Positions 1-9,442 of a stretch of 64,000 bases of DNA are shown here, piece by piece. Numbering within the stretch: position 1 is the first letter of the stretch; each line of letters opens with the position of its first letter. The notes under the pieces were generated by a model. That model did no database searches, was not told where the DNA came from, and saw only the letters and a list, made by a program, of their open reading frames with translations. The stretch comes from an uncultured delta proteobacterium (GTDB taxonomy: Bacteria > Desulfobacterota > RBG-13-43-22): the NCBI GenBank assembly GCA_963802945.1, contig CAWDKY010000015.1, positions 288,001-352,000 of the forward strand, read 5' to 3'. The position numbers and the translations under genes are program-made.

Positions 1-303
1 TTTGACGGTTTCATCCGGGACCGTTGTTAGGTCGGCTTTAAAAAAAAAAGTGTTTGGGGACAAGCGAATGGTCGGATTTTTTAAGTCTATCCCCAATACC
101 TGACCTTCAGGCCCCACGGTCTGAGAACAAAACTTGAGCCAGGAACCGGGATGACAACCTAAATCGATGATGCGCTGCCCTGGTCGAATCAGTTTAAACT
201 CATCTTGGATCTCTTTTAATTTGTAAACCGACCGGGCGGGATATCCCTCTTCCTTGGCTTTGACCCTGAATGGGTCTTTTTGACCAGGATGGGCCATGTC
301 CAT
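1..303 (-). CDS. rlmE: 23S rRNA Um2552 methyltransferase RlmE/FtsJ, 5' part (runs off window start)
   Basis: Not in ORF track. Manual translation: MDMAHPGQKDPFRVKAKEEGYPARSVYKLKEIQDEFKLIRPGQRIIDLGCHPGSW...VLGIDL, with the FtsJ motifs GY.AR..YKL.E and DLG..PGSW. Confidence 0.9.
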   Translation of the reverse strand, partial: MDMAHPGQKDPFRVKAKEEGYPARSVYKLKEIQDEFKLIRPGQRIIDLGCHPGSWLKFCSQTVGPEGQVLGIDLKNPTIRLSPNTFFFKADLTTVPDETVK

Positions 304-434
304 AAATTCCAAAAACCAGGATATCTTTGAAAAACTCGTCAAGAATAAGACTCATTCTAATCACAAGTTTTTCTCTTTTGCAATCAGAAAAAATTCCGTA
401 GAATATAATTGGAGGTAGAAAAAGGGGGAAAGAC

Positions 435-620
435 TTAAGAGGTTTTCTTTTGCCAGTATTCCCTGAATTCATGGGCATACTTTTGAACCCAATCCCAAAC
501 CGCTTTGTCACCCAGGTCGTATCCGGCCTTTTCCGATTCAATCCATTTGTGTTTTAAAATCTCTACCAATTCTTCACGTAAGATATCAACTTGATTCATT
601 TTTTTATCTTCATCCTTCAT
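435..620 (-). CDS. small conserved protein, DUF4032-like
   Basis: EILKHKWIESEKAGYDLG...WDWV.KY motif; start trimmed to the ATG at 620. Confidence 0.7.
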   Translation of the reverse strand: MKDEDKKMNQVDILREELVEILKHKWIESEKAGYDLGDKAVWDWVQKYAHEFREYWQKKTS

Positions 621-630
621 GTGCGCTGTT

Positions 631-1323
631 TTATAAAAGATTATTTTCCAAAAAACTGAAGTGGCCTTCCCGCCCAATAATTAAATGATCGTGGACCTTA
701 ATCTGAAAATTATTGGCAGCGCGGGCTAACGTACGGGTTAGTTCCCGATCCTCCGGAGAAGGACGGGGGGAGCCTCCGGGATGGTTGTGGACCAGAATCA
801 GGGCCGTTGCTTTCAACCGTATAGCACTCTCCATGACCTTTCGGGGATAGACAACGGTTTGATCCACCGTTCCCTCTTGTAAAACTTCTTCTTCAATAAC
901 TTGATTTCGGGTATTCAGGTAGATCATCCGAAACTGTTCGTCCTTCAGCCATCCCATCTTAGACTGACAATAGGTTATCAGATCTCCGGGAGAGGTGATA
1001 ACATTTTGAGAATTAAGGAAACGATCGCGAAGATACCGCTCTGAGGCGGCTTTAACTAATTTAAAGAGTAAGGCGCTATGCTTCCCTACTCCTTTGACTT
1101 CCTTTAATTCTTCCAGAGGGGCCTCTACGATCCCTCGTAACGAACCAAACCTCTTTATTAAATCCTTGGCCAGGGGTTTGGTATCCTTCCTGGCTTGGGC
1201 ATAGTTCAAAATAAATTCCACTACTTCGTAATCTTGAAATGAATCCAACCCCGCCCGCAGAAAGCGGTCTTTTACTCGCCTTCGATGACCCACATAATGG
1301 GGAACTTCTTCACCCTGAGGAAT
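631..1323 (-). CDS. radC: RadC/JAB-MPN domain protein
   Basis: GHR.R...RF N-terminus, HhH motif VKGVG, JAB motif HNHPGG.P.PS.ED and DHLIIG. ORF track starts at GTG 1293, but the frame stays open to an ATT at 1323 with an AAGGAGG RBS. Confidence 0.9.
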   Translation of the reverse strand: MPQGEEVPHYVGHRRRVKDRFLRAGLDSFQDYEVVEFILNYAQARKDTKPLAKDLIKRFGSLRGIVEAPLEELKEVKGVGKHSALLFKLVKAASERYLRDRFLNSQNVITSPGDLITYCQSKMGWLKDEQFRMIYLNTRNQVIEEEVLQEGTVDQTVVYPRKVMESAIRLKATALILVHNHPGGSPRPSPEDRELTRTLARAANNFQIKVHDHLIIGREGHFSFLENNLL

Positions 1324-1513
1324 AAAAAACCCTCCTTGGCATGAAGTGCTATGCCCAAAGACTTAAGTTAATAAAAAGCGCTGCCGCAATCCAAGGTCTT
1401 ATAAAGTCTATTATTTTATCATAGCTGTTTTAAAAAAAACAATTATTTTTTTAGCGACACCAGACCTCTTTTTTCGTTCTAAACCCTCACACCCCAGAGG
1501 TGCACCAGGAAAC

Positions 1514-1537
1514 ATGAAAATTATTCTAAGGATTCAA
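1514..1537. repeat. 24-bp dispersed repeat ATGAAAATTATTCTAAGGATTCAA (copy 1)
   Basis: Identical to 48789-48812. Confidence 0.85.
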
Positions 1538-1675
1538 GTCCCACCATCGGCGGGATCGAACTCTATTTTCGTGTTAACTTACTAAAGAGGTTAACCATCC
1601 ATTACCAAAATCCTTGTTTCCTTTTAAATACTTTGGTATATTTAATTATCTCGTAAACGGCAATCAGGGGGACTT

Positions 1676-2371
1676 ATGAAAGCTTCAAAAAAAGGAAAAG
1701 GTGCAGGCGGCCGGATAGAAACCTTGAAAGATTATGCCCACACAGCCGAGTCGGATTTCTTAGAGGGTATTTCCCGTATGGCCGCTCATGAGGAAGAGGC
1801 TTCCATGTCTCTTTCGGTGGGGGCTAGGATCAAAGCCGTCCGGGAAACAAAAGCCCTTTCTCTTAAAGATATTGCCCAGAGAACCGGTTTCCTGGAATCG
1901 ACCATCGCCCAAATTGAAACCGGCGAGATTCTGCCTCCCTTAGGGGATATGGTCAAATTGGCCAGAGCTTTGGAAATGAAAATGGGTTATTTGTTGGTCC
2001 AAGGCGAGTCCAAGCCCTATACCGTGGTCCATAAGAAAAATCGTAAAACGGTCTCCAGGTACGGTTTCCAGAAAACCCAGCGTTATGGATATACCTATGA
2101 AACCCTGGCCCCGGAAAAGAAGGATCGAAACATGGAGCCTTTTCTGGTCACTTTGGAGCCGACTTCCCAGGATGAACCAACTTCTACTCATGATGGGGAG
2201 GAATTTATTTTTGTGCTGGAAGGGGAGGTTGAGGTTGTCTTGGGGGAAAAAAGAGAAGTTCTTGCTCCGGAAGATTCCATTTACTACGATTCCACCGTGG
2301 CTCACCGGGTGCGGGCCCTGGGAGATCGAATGGCCAGGATAGTGGCTGTGCTTTACACCCAGGCAAAGTAG
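1676..2371 (+). CDS. XRE-family HTH / cupin transcriptional regulator
   Basis: HTH (LSLKDIAQRTG...IETGE..PPLG) plus cupin (MEPFLVTL, HDGEEFIFVLEG, DSIYYDSTVAH). Confidence 0.9.
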   Translation: MKASKKGKGAGGRIETLKDYAHTAESDFLEGISRMAAHEEEASMSLSVGARIKAVRETKALSLKDIAQRTGFLESTIAQIETGEILPPLGDMVKLARALEMKMGYLLVQGESKPYTVVHKKNRKTVSRYGFQKTQRYGYTYETLAPEKKDRNMEPFLVTLEPTSQDEPTSTHDGEEFIFVLEGEVEVVLGEKREVLAPEDSIYYDSTVAHRVRALGDRMARIVAVLYTQAK

Positions 2372-2501
2372 CGGAAAAAAGTCAAGGTCCAGGAAGGCCA
2401 CGGGAACCTTTGGGAAATCATCCTGGGGTAGAATTTTCCCTCCCCTTAGACCTTTATCAATAGCCGTAGATTTCCTTTAAAATAAAATATTAAAAAATCT
2501 C

Positions 2502-2531
2502 TTGACTGAAGAAGGAGGCCGAGATTATAGT
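2502..2531 (+). promoter_or_regulatory. sigma70-type promoter of the nikR operon
   Basis: TTGACT-N18-TATAGT. Confidence 0.55.
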
Positions 2532-2559
2532 AGCACTTATTTTTTAAAGGTGCTACTAT
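2527..2559. promoter_or_regulatory. candidate NikR operator 1
   Basis: Perfect inverted repeat ATAGTAGCAC-N13-GTGCTACTAT overlapping the -10 box and the nikR start codon. Confidence 0.75.
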
Positions 2560-2974
2560 GGGAGTATTCAGGTTCGGCATATCACTTGAGAAAGCTTTGA
2601 TTGAGAGATTTGATCTTCTCATAAAGAAGAAAGGTTATGCCAACCGGAGCGAGGCGATCAGGGACCTAATCAGAGACAGTCTTGTTACTGAGGAATGGGA
2701 ATCGTTAAACACCGAAACCGCCGGAACCATAACCCTTGTTTATTCTCATGAGACCAGAGAGCTCACAGATAACCTTACCGAATTGCAGCATCATTACCAT
2801 AATTCGATCATCTCGGCAATGCATATACATCTCGACGAGCATAACTGCCTTGAGGTCGTTGTGGTGAAAGGCAAGGCCAAGGATATCAAGAAAATCGCCG
2901 ACAGGCTGATCGGGACAAAAGGAGTGAAACACGGAAAGCTCACGGTGACAACGACCGGTAAGTACTTAAAATAA
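2558..2974 (+). CDS. nikR: nickel-responsive regulator NikR
   Basis: RHH motif RFGISL...[11 protein letters not shown] and Ni site [11 protein letters not shown]. Confidence 0.96.
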   Translation: MGVFRFGISLEKALIERFDLLIKKKGYANRSEAIRDLIRDSLVTEEWESLNTETAGTITLVYSHETRELTDNLTELQHHYHNSIISAMHIHLDEHNCLEVVVVKGKAKDIKKIADRLIGTKGVKHGKLTVTTTGKYLK

Positions 2975-2990
2975 TTTTTTTTCTTCTTTA

Positions 2991-3017
2991 GTGGCACGAT
3001 TATGATAATGGTAACAC
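2991..3017. promoter_or_regulatory. candidate NikR operator 2
   Basis: GTGGCAC-N13-GTAACAC; same half-site pattern and spacing as operator 1, upstream of the transporter genes. Confidence 0.65.
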
Positions 3018-3042
3018 CGCAAAGAAGGACAAGTGAGTTCGT

Positions 3043-3802
3043 ATGAAAAATCTATTGCGCTGATGTTTTCTGTATTTATGATTTTGGTTTATTGTTCCAA
3101 GTCGTTTGCCGCCATTCCTCTCATCACTGATGATACGGGGACACAGGACAAGGGAAAGTTTCAATTGGAATTCTTAGGAGAATACGCCCATGACCGGGAA
3201 GAAATCGTCAATAATAAAGGGGCCTTTTCGTCCACTTTGACTTACGGGATTGCTGACCCGGTTGACATCGCTATCTCCATACCCTATCAGTTTTGGCGTT
3301 CGTCCGATTCAGGTTTGGAGTCGACAGGGAGCGGCCTTTCTGGTCTGGCGATCGAAATAAAGTGACGGTTTTATGAGAAGGAAGGATTAAGCCTTGCATT
3401 GGAGCCGGGCTTCACCATCCCCATGGGGGATGACAAAAAAGATCTCGGCGCAGGGATGATGCCTTATTATCTTTATTTTATAACTTCGAAAGAGATGGAT
3501 CCATGGTCTTTTCACCTTAATCTCGTCTATATCAGGAATAATAACACAGAGGATGATCGTACGGACCTATGGCATGCTTCTTTTGCTTCAACCGTAGATG
3601 TGCTAAAGAAACTGAAGCTTGTGGCCGATATCGGTGTGGAGTCCAACCCCGATCAGTCATCGAGCAACCCCCCGGCCTATATTCTTGGCGGGCTGATCTG
3701 GTCACCCAAAGAGAATCTCGATATTGCCTGGGTGTCAAGGGCGGATTAACCTATTACGAAACGGATATCGCCATACGTGGCAGCATAACCTGGAGGTTCT
3801 AA
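3043..3802 (+). pseudogene. disrupted outer-membrane beta-barrel channel gene
   Basis: Signal peptide, PLITDDTGTQ motif and C-terminal ITWRF. In-frame TGA at 3363-3365 (EIK*RFYEK, probably Trp), plus frameshifts near 3048 and 3729. Confidence 0.65.
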
Positions 3803-4489
3803 ATGCATATACCTGACGGCTACCTGAGTCCTCAAACCTATGTACCCCTCTACGGGGCGTCTTTCGTCTTCTGGTCTATCGCCCTTAGGAAGATGAAGAA
3901 AGAGCTTTCTATTAAACATATCCCCTATCTGGCTATGTCGGCGGCTTTTTCCTTTCTCATCATGATGTTTAATGTGCCTATTCCGGGAGGCACCACGGGC
4001 CATGCGGTCGGCGCCGGGATTATCGCCATTCTGCTTGGGCCGTGGACGGCAGTTATAGCCGTGTCCGTCAGCCTGATCATTCAGGCGATAGTTTTTGGCG
4101 ACGGCGGAATAACCACGATAGGTGCAAACTGTTTCAATATGGCGGTGGTGATGCCCTTCGTCTCTTATTGGATATTCAGACTTATAAGAGGAAATGCCAA
4201 TGGCGGAGTGAGATTATCCATCGCAGCCTTTCTCTCCGGTTATGTCGGTCTTTCTGTTGCCGCGGCCTTCACCGGAATTGAATTCGGGATCCAGCCTATG
4301 CTGGCGATCGGACCTGGCGGAAGACCTCTCTATGCGCCTTACCCGTTGTCTGTGGCTCTGCCGGCCATGGTATTGGAGCATATGCTGTTATTCAGCATTG
4401 TTGAGGGAATAGTCACCGTATTGTTATTCAGGTATTTTGCTAAGCACGAGCCCGATTTGATCTATGCCTTGAGGGCAAAGGAGGCATGA
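3803..4489 (+). CDS. nikM: ECF Ni/Co transporter S component NikM/CbiM
   Basis: N-terminal MHIPDGYL, GTTGH, DGGITTIGAN; NikR context favours Ni. Confidence 0.9.
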   Translation: MHIPDGYLSPQTYVPLYGASFVFWSIALRKMKKELSIKHIPYLAMSAAFSFLIMMFNVPIPGGTTGHAVGAGIIAILLGPWTAVIAVSVSLIIQAIVFGDGGITTIGANCFNMAVVMPFVSYWIFRLIRGNANGGVRLSIAAFLSGYVGLSVAAAFTGIEFGIQPMLAIGPGGRPLYAPYPLSVALPAMVLEHMLLFSIVEGIVTVLLFRYFAKHEPDLIYALRAKEA

Positions 4490-4490
4490 A

Positions 4491-4826
4491 ATGACAAAAC
4501 TTCATAAGAAACTCTGGATAGGCCTGCTCATTCTGACACTACTTACCCCGTTGGGGGTCATCCTCCCCGAAAAATTCAAAGCCGAGGGAGCATGGGGTGA
4601 ATGGGGCCCGGAAGAACTCCAGAAACTTATTGGTTATGTGCCGGAAGGATTAAAGAGATTGGCCGATCTCTGGAAAGCCCCGGTCCCCGACTATAACTTC
4701 GGTGGAGAAGGGGCTTCCCTGACCGTTCAGGTTCTCTCCTATATCGTTTCAGGACTTATCGGAATCCTGGCCATCGGTCTTGTTATCTACGTAATTTCAA
4801 AGGTTATCGTGAGGAATGGAAAATAA
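4491..4826 (+). CDS. nikN: ECF accessory membrane protein NikN-like (PDGLE family)
   Basis: AWGEWG...APVPDY motif, two TM helices. Confidence 0.75.
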   Translation: MTKLHKKLWIGLLILTLLTPLGVILPEKFKAEGAWGEWGPEELQKLIGYVPEGLKRLADLWKAPVPDYNFGGEGASLTVQVLSYIVSGLIGILAIGLVIYVISKVIVRNGK

Positions 4827-5742
4827 AGTCCCCTCATTCCTGCTGGAAAGGCCATCCTCTAATTCTTTTATTCGGGGGAAGGGCTCACTGAAAAGTTCTT
4901 TTATCGACAAGGGCATTCATCAGCTGGCAGAGGTCGTCAAGACCGTGTATGTCCAGGGAGAAATGGTATCGAGCGATAATTTTTTTCAGAAGATCGATGC
5001 CAGGGTAAAAGTCCTCTTCCTCCTTTATTATATAATTATCGTGAGCCTAAAAAAAGACATTCCATCGGAATTTTTGATTGGCGTCTTTGTTTTCATGTTG
5101 ACGTTGCTATCAGGCCTGGATATTTTCAACCTTTATAAGCGCGTCCTCTTCTTTACTTTCCTCTTCGGTTTTTGCATCGCCTTTCCCTCTGCTCTCAGCA
5201 TCATTACCAAAGGCGAAATCGTTCTTCCGATACTGCACTTTACAAAAACCCATCGCTTATGGATATATCAGATACCTGAAGAAATCGGCCTTACCAGGGA
5301 AGGATTGTATGGCGTTCTGATGCTTACCTTGAGGGTTATGAACTCTCTAGCCCTTTCATTCTTTGTATTATATACAACGTCCTTCACCGAGATCATAAAA
5401 GCTCTTAAGGTGTTGAAGGTTCCAGACAGCTTTCTTATGATCTTGACCCTTTCTTATAAGTATGTGTTCATTTTCGCCAATACGATTGAAAATATGCACC
5501 TGGCCAAGAAAAGCAGATTGGCTGGGAAAGTGAGTAATGCAGAAGCCAGGGGATGGATCGCGGGAAGACTGGCCTTCCTGTTCAAAAAGAGTGCGCGGCG
5601 GGGTGAAGATATTTTCAAGGCCATGCTCGGCAGAGGCTATTCGAACCACATAAATATTTACGGGGTCAAGAAGCTCCAGGCACGTGATTGGATTGCGGGG
5701 GCTGTCCTTTTTCTGGTTGGGGTTCTATTTCTATGGATGTGA
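4816..5742 (+). CDS. nikQ: ECF T component NikQ/CbiQ
   Basis: IDARVK, AKKSR and AMLGRGY coupling motifs. Confidence 0.88.
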   Translation: MENKVPSFLLERPSSNSFIRGKGSLKSSFIDKGIHQLAEVVKTVYVQGEMVSSDNFFQKIDARVKVLFLLYYIIIVSLKKDIPSEFLIGVFVFMLTLLSGLDIFNLYKRVLFFTFLFGFCIAFPSALSIITKGEIVLPILHFTKTHRLWIYQIPEEIGLTREGLYGVLMLTLRVMNSLALSFFVLYTTSFTEIIKALKVLKVPDSFLMILTLSYKYVFIFANTIENMHLAKKSRLAGKVSNAEARGWIAGRLAFLFKKSARRGEDIFKAMLGRGYSNHINIYGVKKLQARDWIAGAVLFLVGVLFLWM

Positions 5743-5749
5743 GGTGATT

Positions 5750-6559
5750 GTGAAAGACATTATATGCCTTGAAGGGATAAGTTACAGCTATTACGACAGG
5801 ATTCCGGCCGTATGTGATATCGGTCTTTCAATTGGCGAGGGAGAAAGATTTGCTATTATCGGCGCGAACGGGAGCGGAAAGTCAACCCTTTTGCAGATCA
5901 TGAACGGCCTCATAAATCAATCAAGGGGAAAATATTTTTTCAGAGGAAATGAGGTATCAGAAGAGACATTAAAAAATAAAAGATTTTTGCGGTTTTTCAG
6001 GGAGCGGGTGGGCTATGTTTTCCAGGATTCTGACGTGCAATTGTTCTGTCCGACCGTTCTGGATGAGCTTCTTTATGGTCCTCTCCAGTTGGGAATCGAA
6101 GAAAAAGAGGCAGTGAATAGGGCTTTCGAGGTGATGCAGATTCTGAACATCGAGAATCTGAAGGACAGGCCTTCCTACATGCTTTCCGGGGGGGAGAAAA
6201 AAAGGGTCACCATTGGTTCGATTCTCACGATGAATCCGGAGATATTGCTTCTTGATGAGCCGACAACCGGCCTTGACCCGAGGACTCAGGTTTTTCTCGT
6301 CGAGTTGATGCTGGCCCTAAGCGATGCCGGTAAGACTCTGGTGATGGCCACACATGACCTTTCATTGGTCGATGAATTGCATATGCAGGTCGCCCTTCTG
6401 TCTGAAGAACACAGGATGGTGAAGATCGGCTCTTCTGACGAAATACTGAAAGATGAAGATTTACTGCTAAATGCAAACCTCATTCACGAACATGTTCACT
6501 ATCATGGTCAAGCAATCCATAAACACAGACATTCTCATTTCTTATTTCACAAGCATTGA
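5750..6559 (+). CDS. nikO: ECF ATPase NikO/CbiO with His-rich tail
   Basis: GANGSGKST, LSGGEKKR, LLLDEPT; GTG start at 5750 after GAGG; tail HEHVHYHGQAIHKHRHSH. Confidence 0.9.
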   Translation: MKDIICLEGISYSYYDRIPAVCDIGLSIGEGERFAIIGANGSGKSTLLQIMNGLINQSRGKYFFRGNEVSEETLKNKRFLRFFRERVGYVFQDSDVQLFCPTVLDELLYGPLQLGIEEKEAVNRAFEVMQILNIENLKDRPSYMLSGGEKKRVTIGSILTMNPEILLLDEPTTGLDPRTQVFLVELMLALSDAGKTLVMATHDLSLVDELHMQVALLSEEHRMVKIGSSDEILKDEDLLLNANLIHEHVHYHGQAIHKHRHSHFLFHKH

Positions 6560-6971
6560 GAAAGGAATTTCGCCTTCCGCACCTCTCTTTTGGGAAATGG
6601 GATTTATCCCTTCTTCCTGCTTCCACAAACAAAAATATCGATTACGGTTCGAACTCTTTTGATTTTTTCAAAATGAAACGATGCCAAGAAAATTATGGGT
6701 TCAGGGTGGAAGCTATTCAATCTGTACTGTTTTTTTCTCCTCGCTCTTCAAGAATAAATTGGGTCCGGGTTCCAATCTTTCCGGGGCCAGAAAATAGGAG
6801 CCGAACTCGATTTTATCAATTATTTCTGGCTTCCGCCCTGCCCTTTTCATTTCGAACCTTCTCCCTAATAATTTTTCATTTTTCTCCTTTTCATTTTTCT
6901 CCTTTACTCTGACTATCTCTTGTGTTATATAAATTCATTTACTCATTTTCGAGGAGTCATTTAATTTCATT

Positions 6972-8033
6972 ATGCCGAATTCGATAATCACCGGGACGGG
7001 CAGTTATATTCCGACTCGAAATATTGAAAATACTTATTTCCTGGACCATGAATTCCTGGGGGCCGACGGGAAAAAGAATCCAAAATCCAATGCGGATATT
7101 GTCCAAAAATTCAAGGAAATTACTTGTATCAATGAAAGAAGATATGTGACCGATGAACTTAACACATCGGATATAGCCTCCATGGCCGCCGAACGGGCGC
7201 TGGAAGGTAGGGACCGGGAAAGTCTGGATTACATCATCGTCGGGCATAATTTTGGCGAGTTGAGGTCCGATAACCCCAGATGCGATATGGTCCCTTCGAT
7301 CGCTGCCAGGGTAAAGCATAACCTGAGGATAAAGAATCCTTATACTGTGGTCTACGATATCCTCTTCGGCTGTCCCGGCTGGCTGCAAGGGATGATCCAG
7401 TCCGATTATTATATCAAATCGGGTGAGGCTAAAAAGATACTGGTGATTGGAGCGGAGACCCTGTCAAGGATTTCAGATCCCCACGACATAGACAGTATGA
7501 TCTATTCCGATGGGGCCGGTGCCGTCTTGGTTGAAGCCACCAATCAAGAGGTGGGCATTATTTCCCATATCACCCGTTCCGACACTTTTAACGAAGCTTA
7601 TCTTTTGCGGCTTGGGCAAGCCTATGGACCTGATTCTTACGGCGGCCGGCTGTTTCTCAAGATGGACGGTCACGAGATCTTTAAATATGCCGTCCGAACC
7701 GTGGCCGAAGTCGTAAAACAAAGTCTTGATAAAGCCGGCCTTTCCTTGTCCGACGTTAAGAAGGTTTTGATTCACCAGGCCAACCAGAAGATGGATGAAG
7801 CGATTTTAAAAAGACTATTTAACTTATATCAAACAGAAAAAAAACTGGAAGACTTAATGCCCATGACGATTTCCTGGCTGGGTAACAGCTCGGTGGCTAC
7901 TTTGCCCACCCTGTTTGATCTTTTGCAGAGAGGAACGCTGAACAACCACATACTTCATTCTGGAGACATTGCTGTTTTTTCATCGGTAGGCGCGGGTATG
8001 AACAGTAATGCTATGGTCTACAAAATGCCTTAA
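6972..8033 (+). CDS. fabH: 3-oxoacyl-ACP synthase III family
   Basis: Catalytic triad motifs FGCPG, IHQAN, GNSS; SDGAGA. Confidence 0.88.
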   Translation: MPNSIITGTGSYIPTRNIENTYFLDHEFLGADGKKNPKSNADIVQKFKEITCINERRYVTDELNTSDIASMAAERALEGRDRESLDYIIVGHNFGELRSDNPRCDMVPSIAARVKHNLRIKNPYTVVYDILFGCPGWLQGMIQSDYYIKSGEAKKILVIGAETLSRISDPHDIDSMIYSDGAGAVLVEATNQEVGIISHITRSDTFNEAYLLRLGQAYGPDSYGGRLFLKMDGHEIFKYAVRTVAEVVKQSLDKAGLSLSDVKKVLIHQANQKMDEAILKRLFNLYQTEKKLEDLMPMTISWLGNSSVATLPTLFDLLQRGTLNNHILHSGDIAVFSSVGAGMNSNAMVYKMP

Positions 8034-8052
8034 AGTGAAAAGGAATTAATCA

Positions 8053-8265
8053 ATGACTAATAAATCAAAAGCCACTTTCAGGAAAATGGAAAAGGAAAAG
8101 GCCCGACAGGCCAAGCAAAGAGATAAAGAAGCCCGCCGCCATCAATCCAAAACAACGAACTCCGGCCCATCTCTGAAAACAGGCGATGAAGACCCGGACA
8201 TTGCGGGTATCATTCCGGGTCCTCAACCCTTGCCCGAGCAGTGGGATGATGTGAAGAAAGAATAA
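8053..8265 (+). CDS. small basic hypothetical protein
   Basis: RBS AAGGA; K/R-rich N-terminus, EDPDIAGIIPGPQP C-terminus. Confidence 0.7.
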   Translation: MTNKSKATFRKMEKEKARQAKQRDKEARRHQSKTTNSGPSLKTGDEDPDIAGIIPGPQPLPEQWDDVKKE

Positions 8266-8276
8266 AGGTATTAATT

Positions 8277-8594
8277 TTATTCGGTTCGGGATATTTCCTC
8301 TTTTTCTTTTTTCATGGCCTCCTTGCCGGCATCAAAGGCGGAGGAAAGCATACCCCTTTTTTGTTCTACAAATTCTTTCCCTTTTTCAATAAAAGTAGCG
8401 GCCTTTTCTTTCCATTCTTCGGACAGGGTACCTGATTTTTCCTTCATATCTTCGGTCAAGTCCTTCAGCTTTCCCCGGGCCTGCGTTCCTTCCCAGGGGG
8501 CATAAAGGATGGCCAGGGCGGCTCCCACCGCTCCGCCTAAGATAAAAGATAGAACTACAGCACTTCCGGCAAAACCTCTGTTTCCTTCTGACAT
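8277..8594 (-). CDS. YtxH domain protein
   Basis: FILGGAVGAALAILYAP.EG...R motif followed by a coiled coil. Confidence 0.85.
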   Translation of the reverse strand: MSEGNRGFAGSAVVLSFILGGAVGAALAILYAPWEGTQARGKLKDLTEDMKEKSGTLSEEWKEKAATFIEKGKEFVEQKRGMLSSAFDAGKEAMKKEKEEISRTE

Positions 8595-8595
8595 A

Positions 8596-8985
8596 TTATT
8601 TCCCTCCTTTTGCTTTTCGTCTAATTAGAAATTTCCCGGCGGTTTTAGCTCCAATCGCCAAACCAGCCAGATTCACCAAGGTTGGATTGATCCCTCTGCT
8701 CATGATCCGATTAATAACGGAAAAGACTTTTGCTGATTCCTTTAAAGTTTGAAACAGGCCCTCTAATTGATTTAACCGTTCCTGGGTCTGAGACAGGATA
8801 CGATTGGTACTTTCCGAGGTTTCTTTAAGGTTTCGGACCATGGGGGTAATTTCCTTTTCCAGGGAATTCAAAAAGGCTTCCAGGTTACGTACTGTTCGGG
8901 AAATCTGTATCAGGGTCCTGATGAGAAAAAAGGCAACCGCCGCTGTCACAACTAAGAATCCCAAACTGATCCAATGCCAATCCAA
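8596..8985 (-). CDS. DUF948 (YoxC/YtxG-like) membrane protein
   Basis: N-terminal TM helix plus coiled coil, adjacent to ytxH; TTG start at 8985 after a G-rich RBS. Confidence 0.7.
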   Translation of the reverse strand: MDWHWISLGFLVVTAAVAFFLIRTLIQISRTVRNLEAFLNSLEKEITPMVRNLKETSESTNRILSQTQERLNQLEGLFQTLKESAKVFSVINRIMSRGINPTLVNLAGLAIGAKTAGKFLIRRKAKGGK

Positions 8986-9442
8986 AAGGAATCCCCCCTT
9001 CCAAAAAAGAATATTTATAAGCAATTTATCATTTTTTATTGCGAAAAGCAATGGATTTAACAAGTTAATGAAATGAAGAAAGTAGCGAAGCGATTATTAT
9101 CTCCTTGGGTGAGGCTTATTTGTTTTTATCTCTTTAGCTTACGGTTTCTCAATAAATCTCGCTATAGCTATGCGATTCTTGTGCTCTCAAATCTGGAAAT
9201 TCTCTCCGGCATTGATGGACTGGACAGCCGGGCCTATCTGTCTCTTTCCTGCATAAAAATAAAAGATTGGAAATTTCATTTTAAAAATCATACCCACTAG
9301 TTCAGGCGTAATAGACCAAAGATTTCTCCATCTGCCAAGGATAAAAATAGATTGATTTATCCTTATTAGAAAGATAAATTAGGATTGACGGAAATTAAAA
9401 ACTTATAAAGGAATATTTTTATATCAGCCTTGGTAAAAATTC

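Noticed and set aside
200-541. 113-aa minus-strand ORF
   Set aside because: Out-of-frame overlap with rlmE and the DUF4032-like gene
631-1323. radC as a marker of a mobile element or CBASS-type JAB
   Set aside because: Full-length HhH+JAB form among housekeeping genes, with no E1/E2 or cyclase neighbours
3363-3365. TGA as selenocysteine or Trp recoding
   Set aside because: The context suggests Trp rather than Cys, other genes here use TGA as stop, and the gene has additional lesions
6556-6912. 118-aa ORF after nikO (also 9073-9300, 51746-51928, 51909-52124)
   Set aside because: Low-complexity intergenic translations with no recognisable motifs
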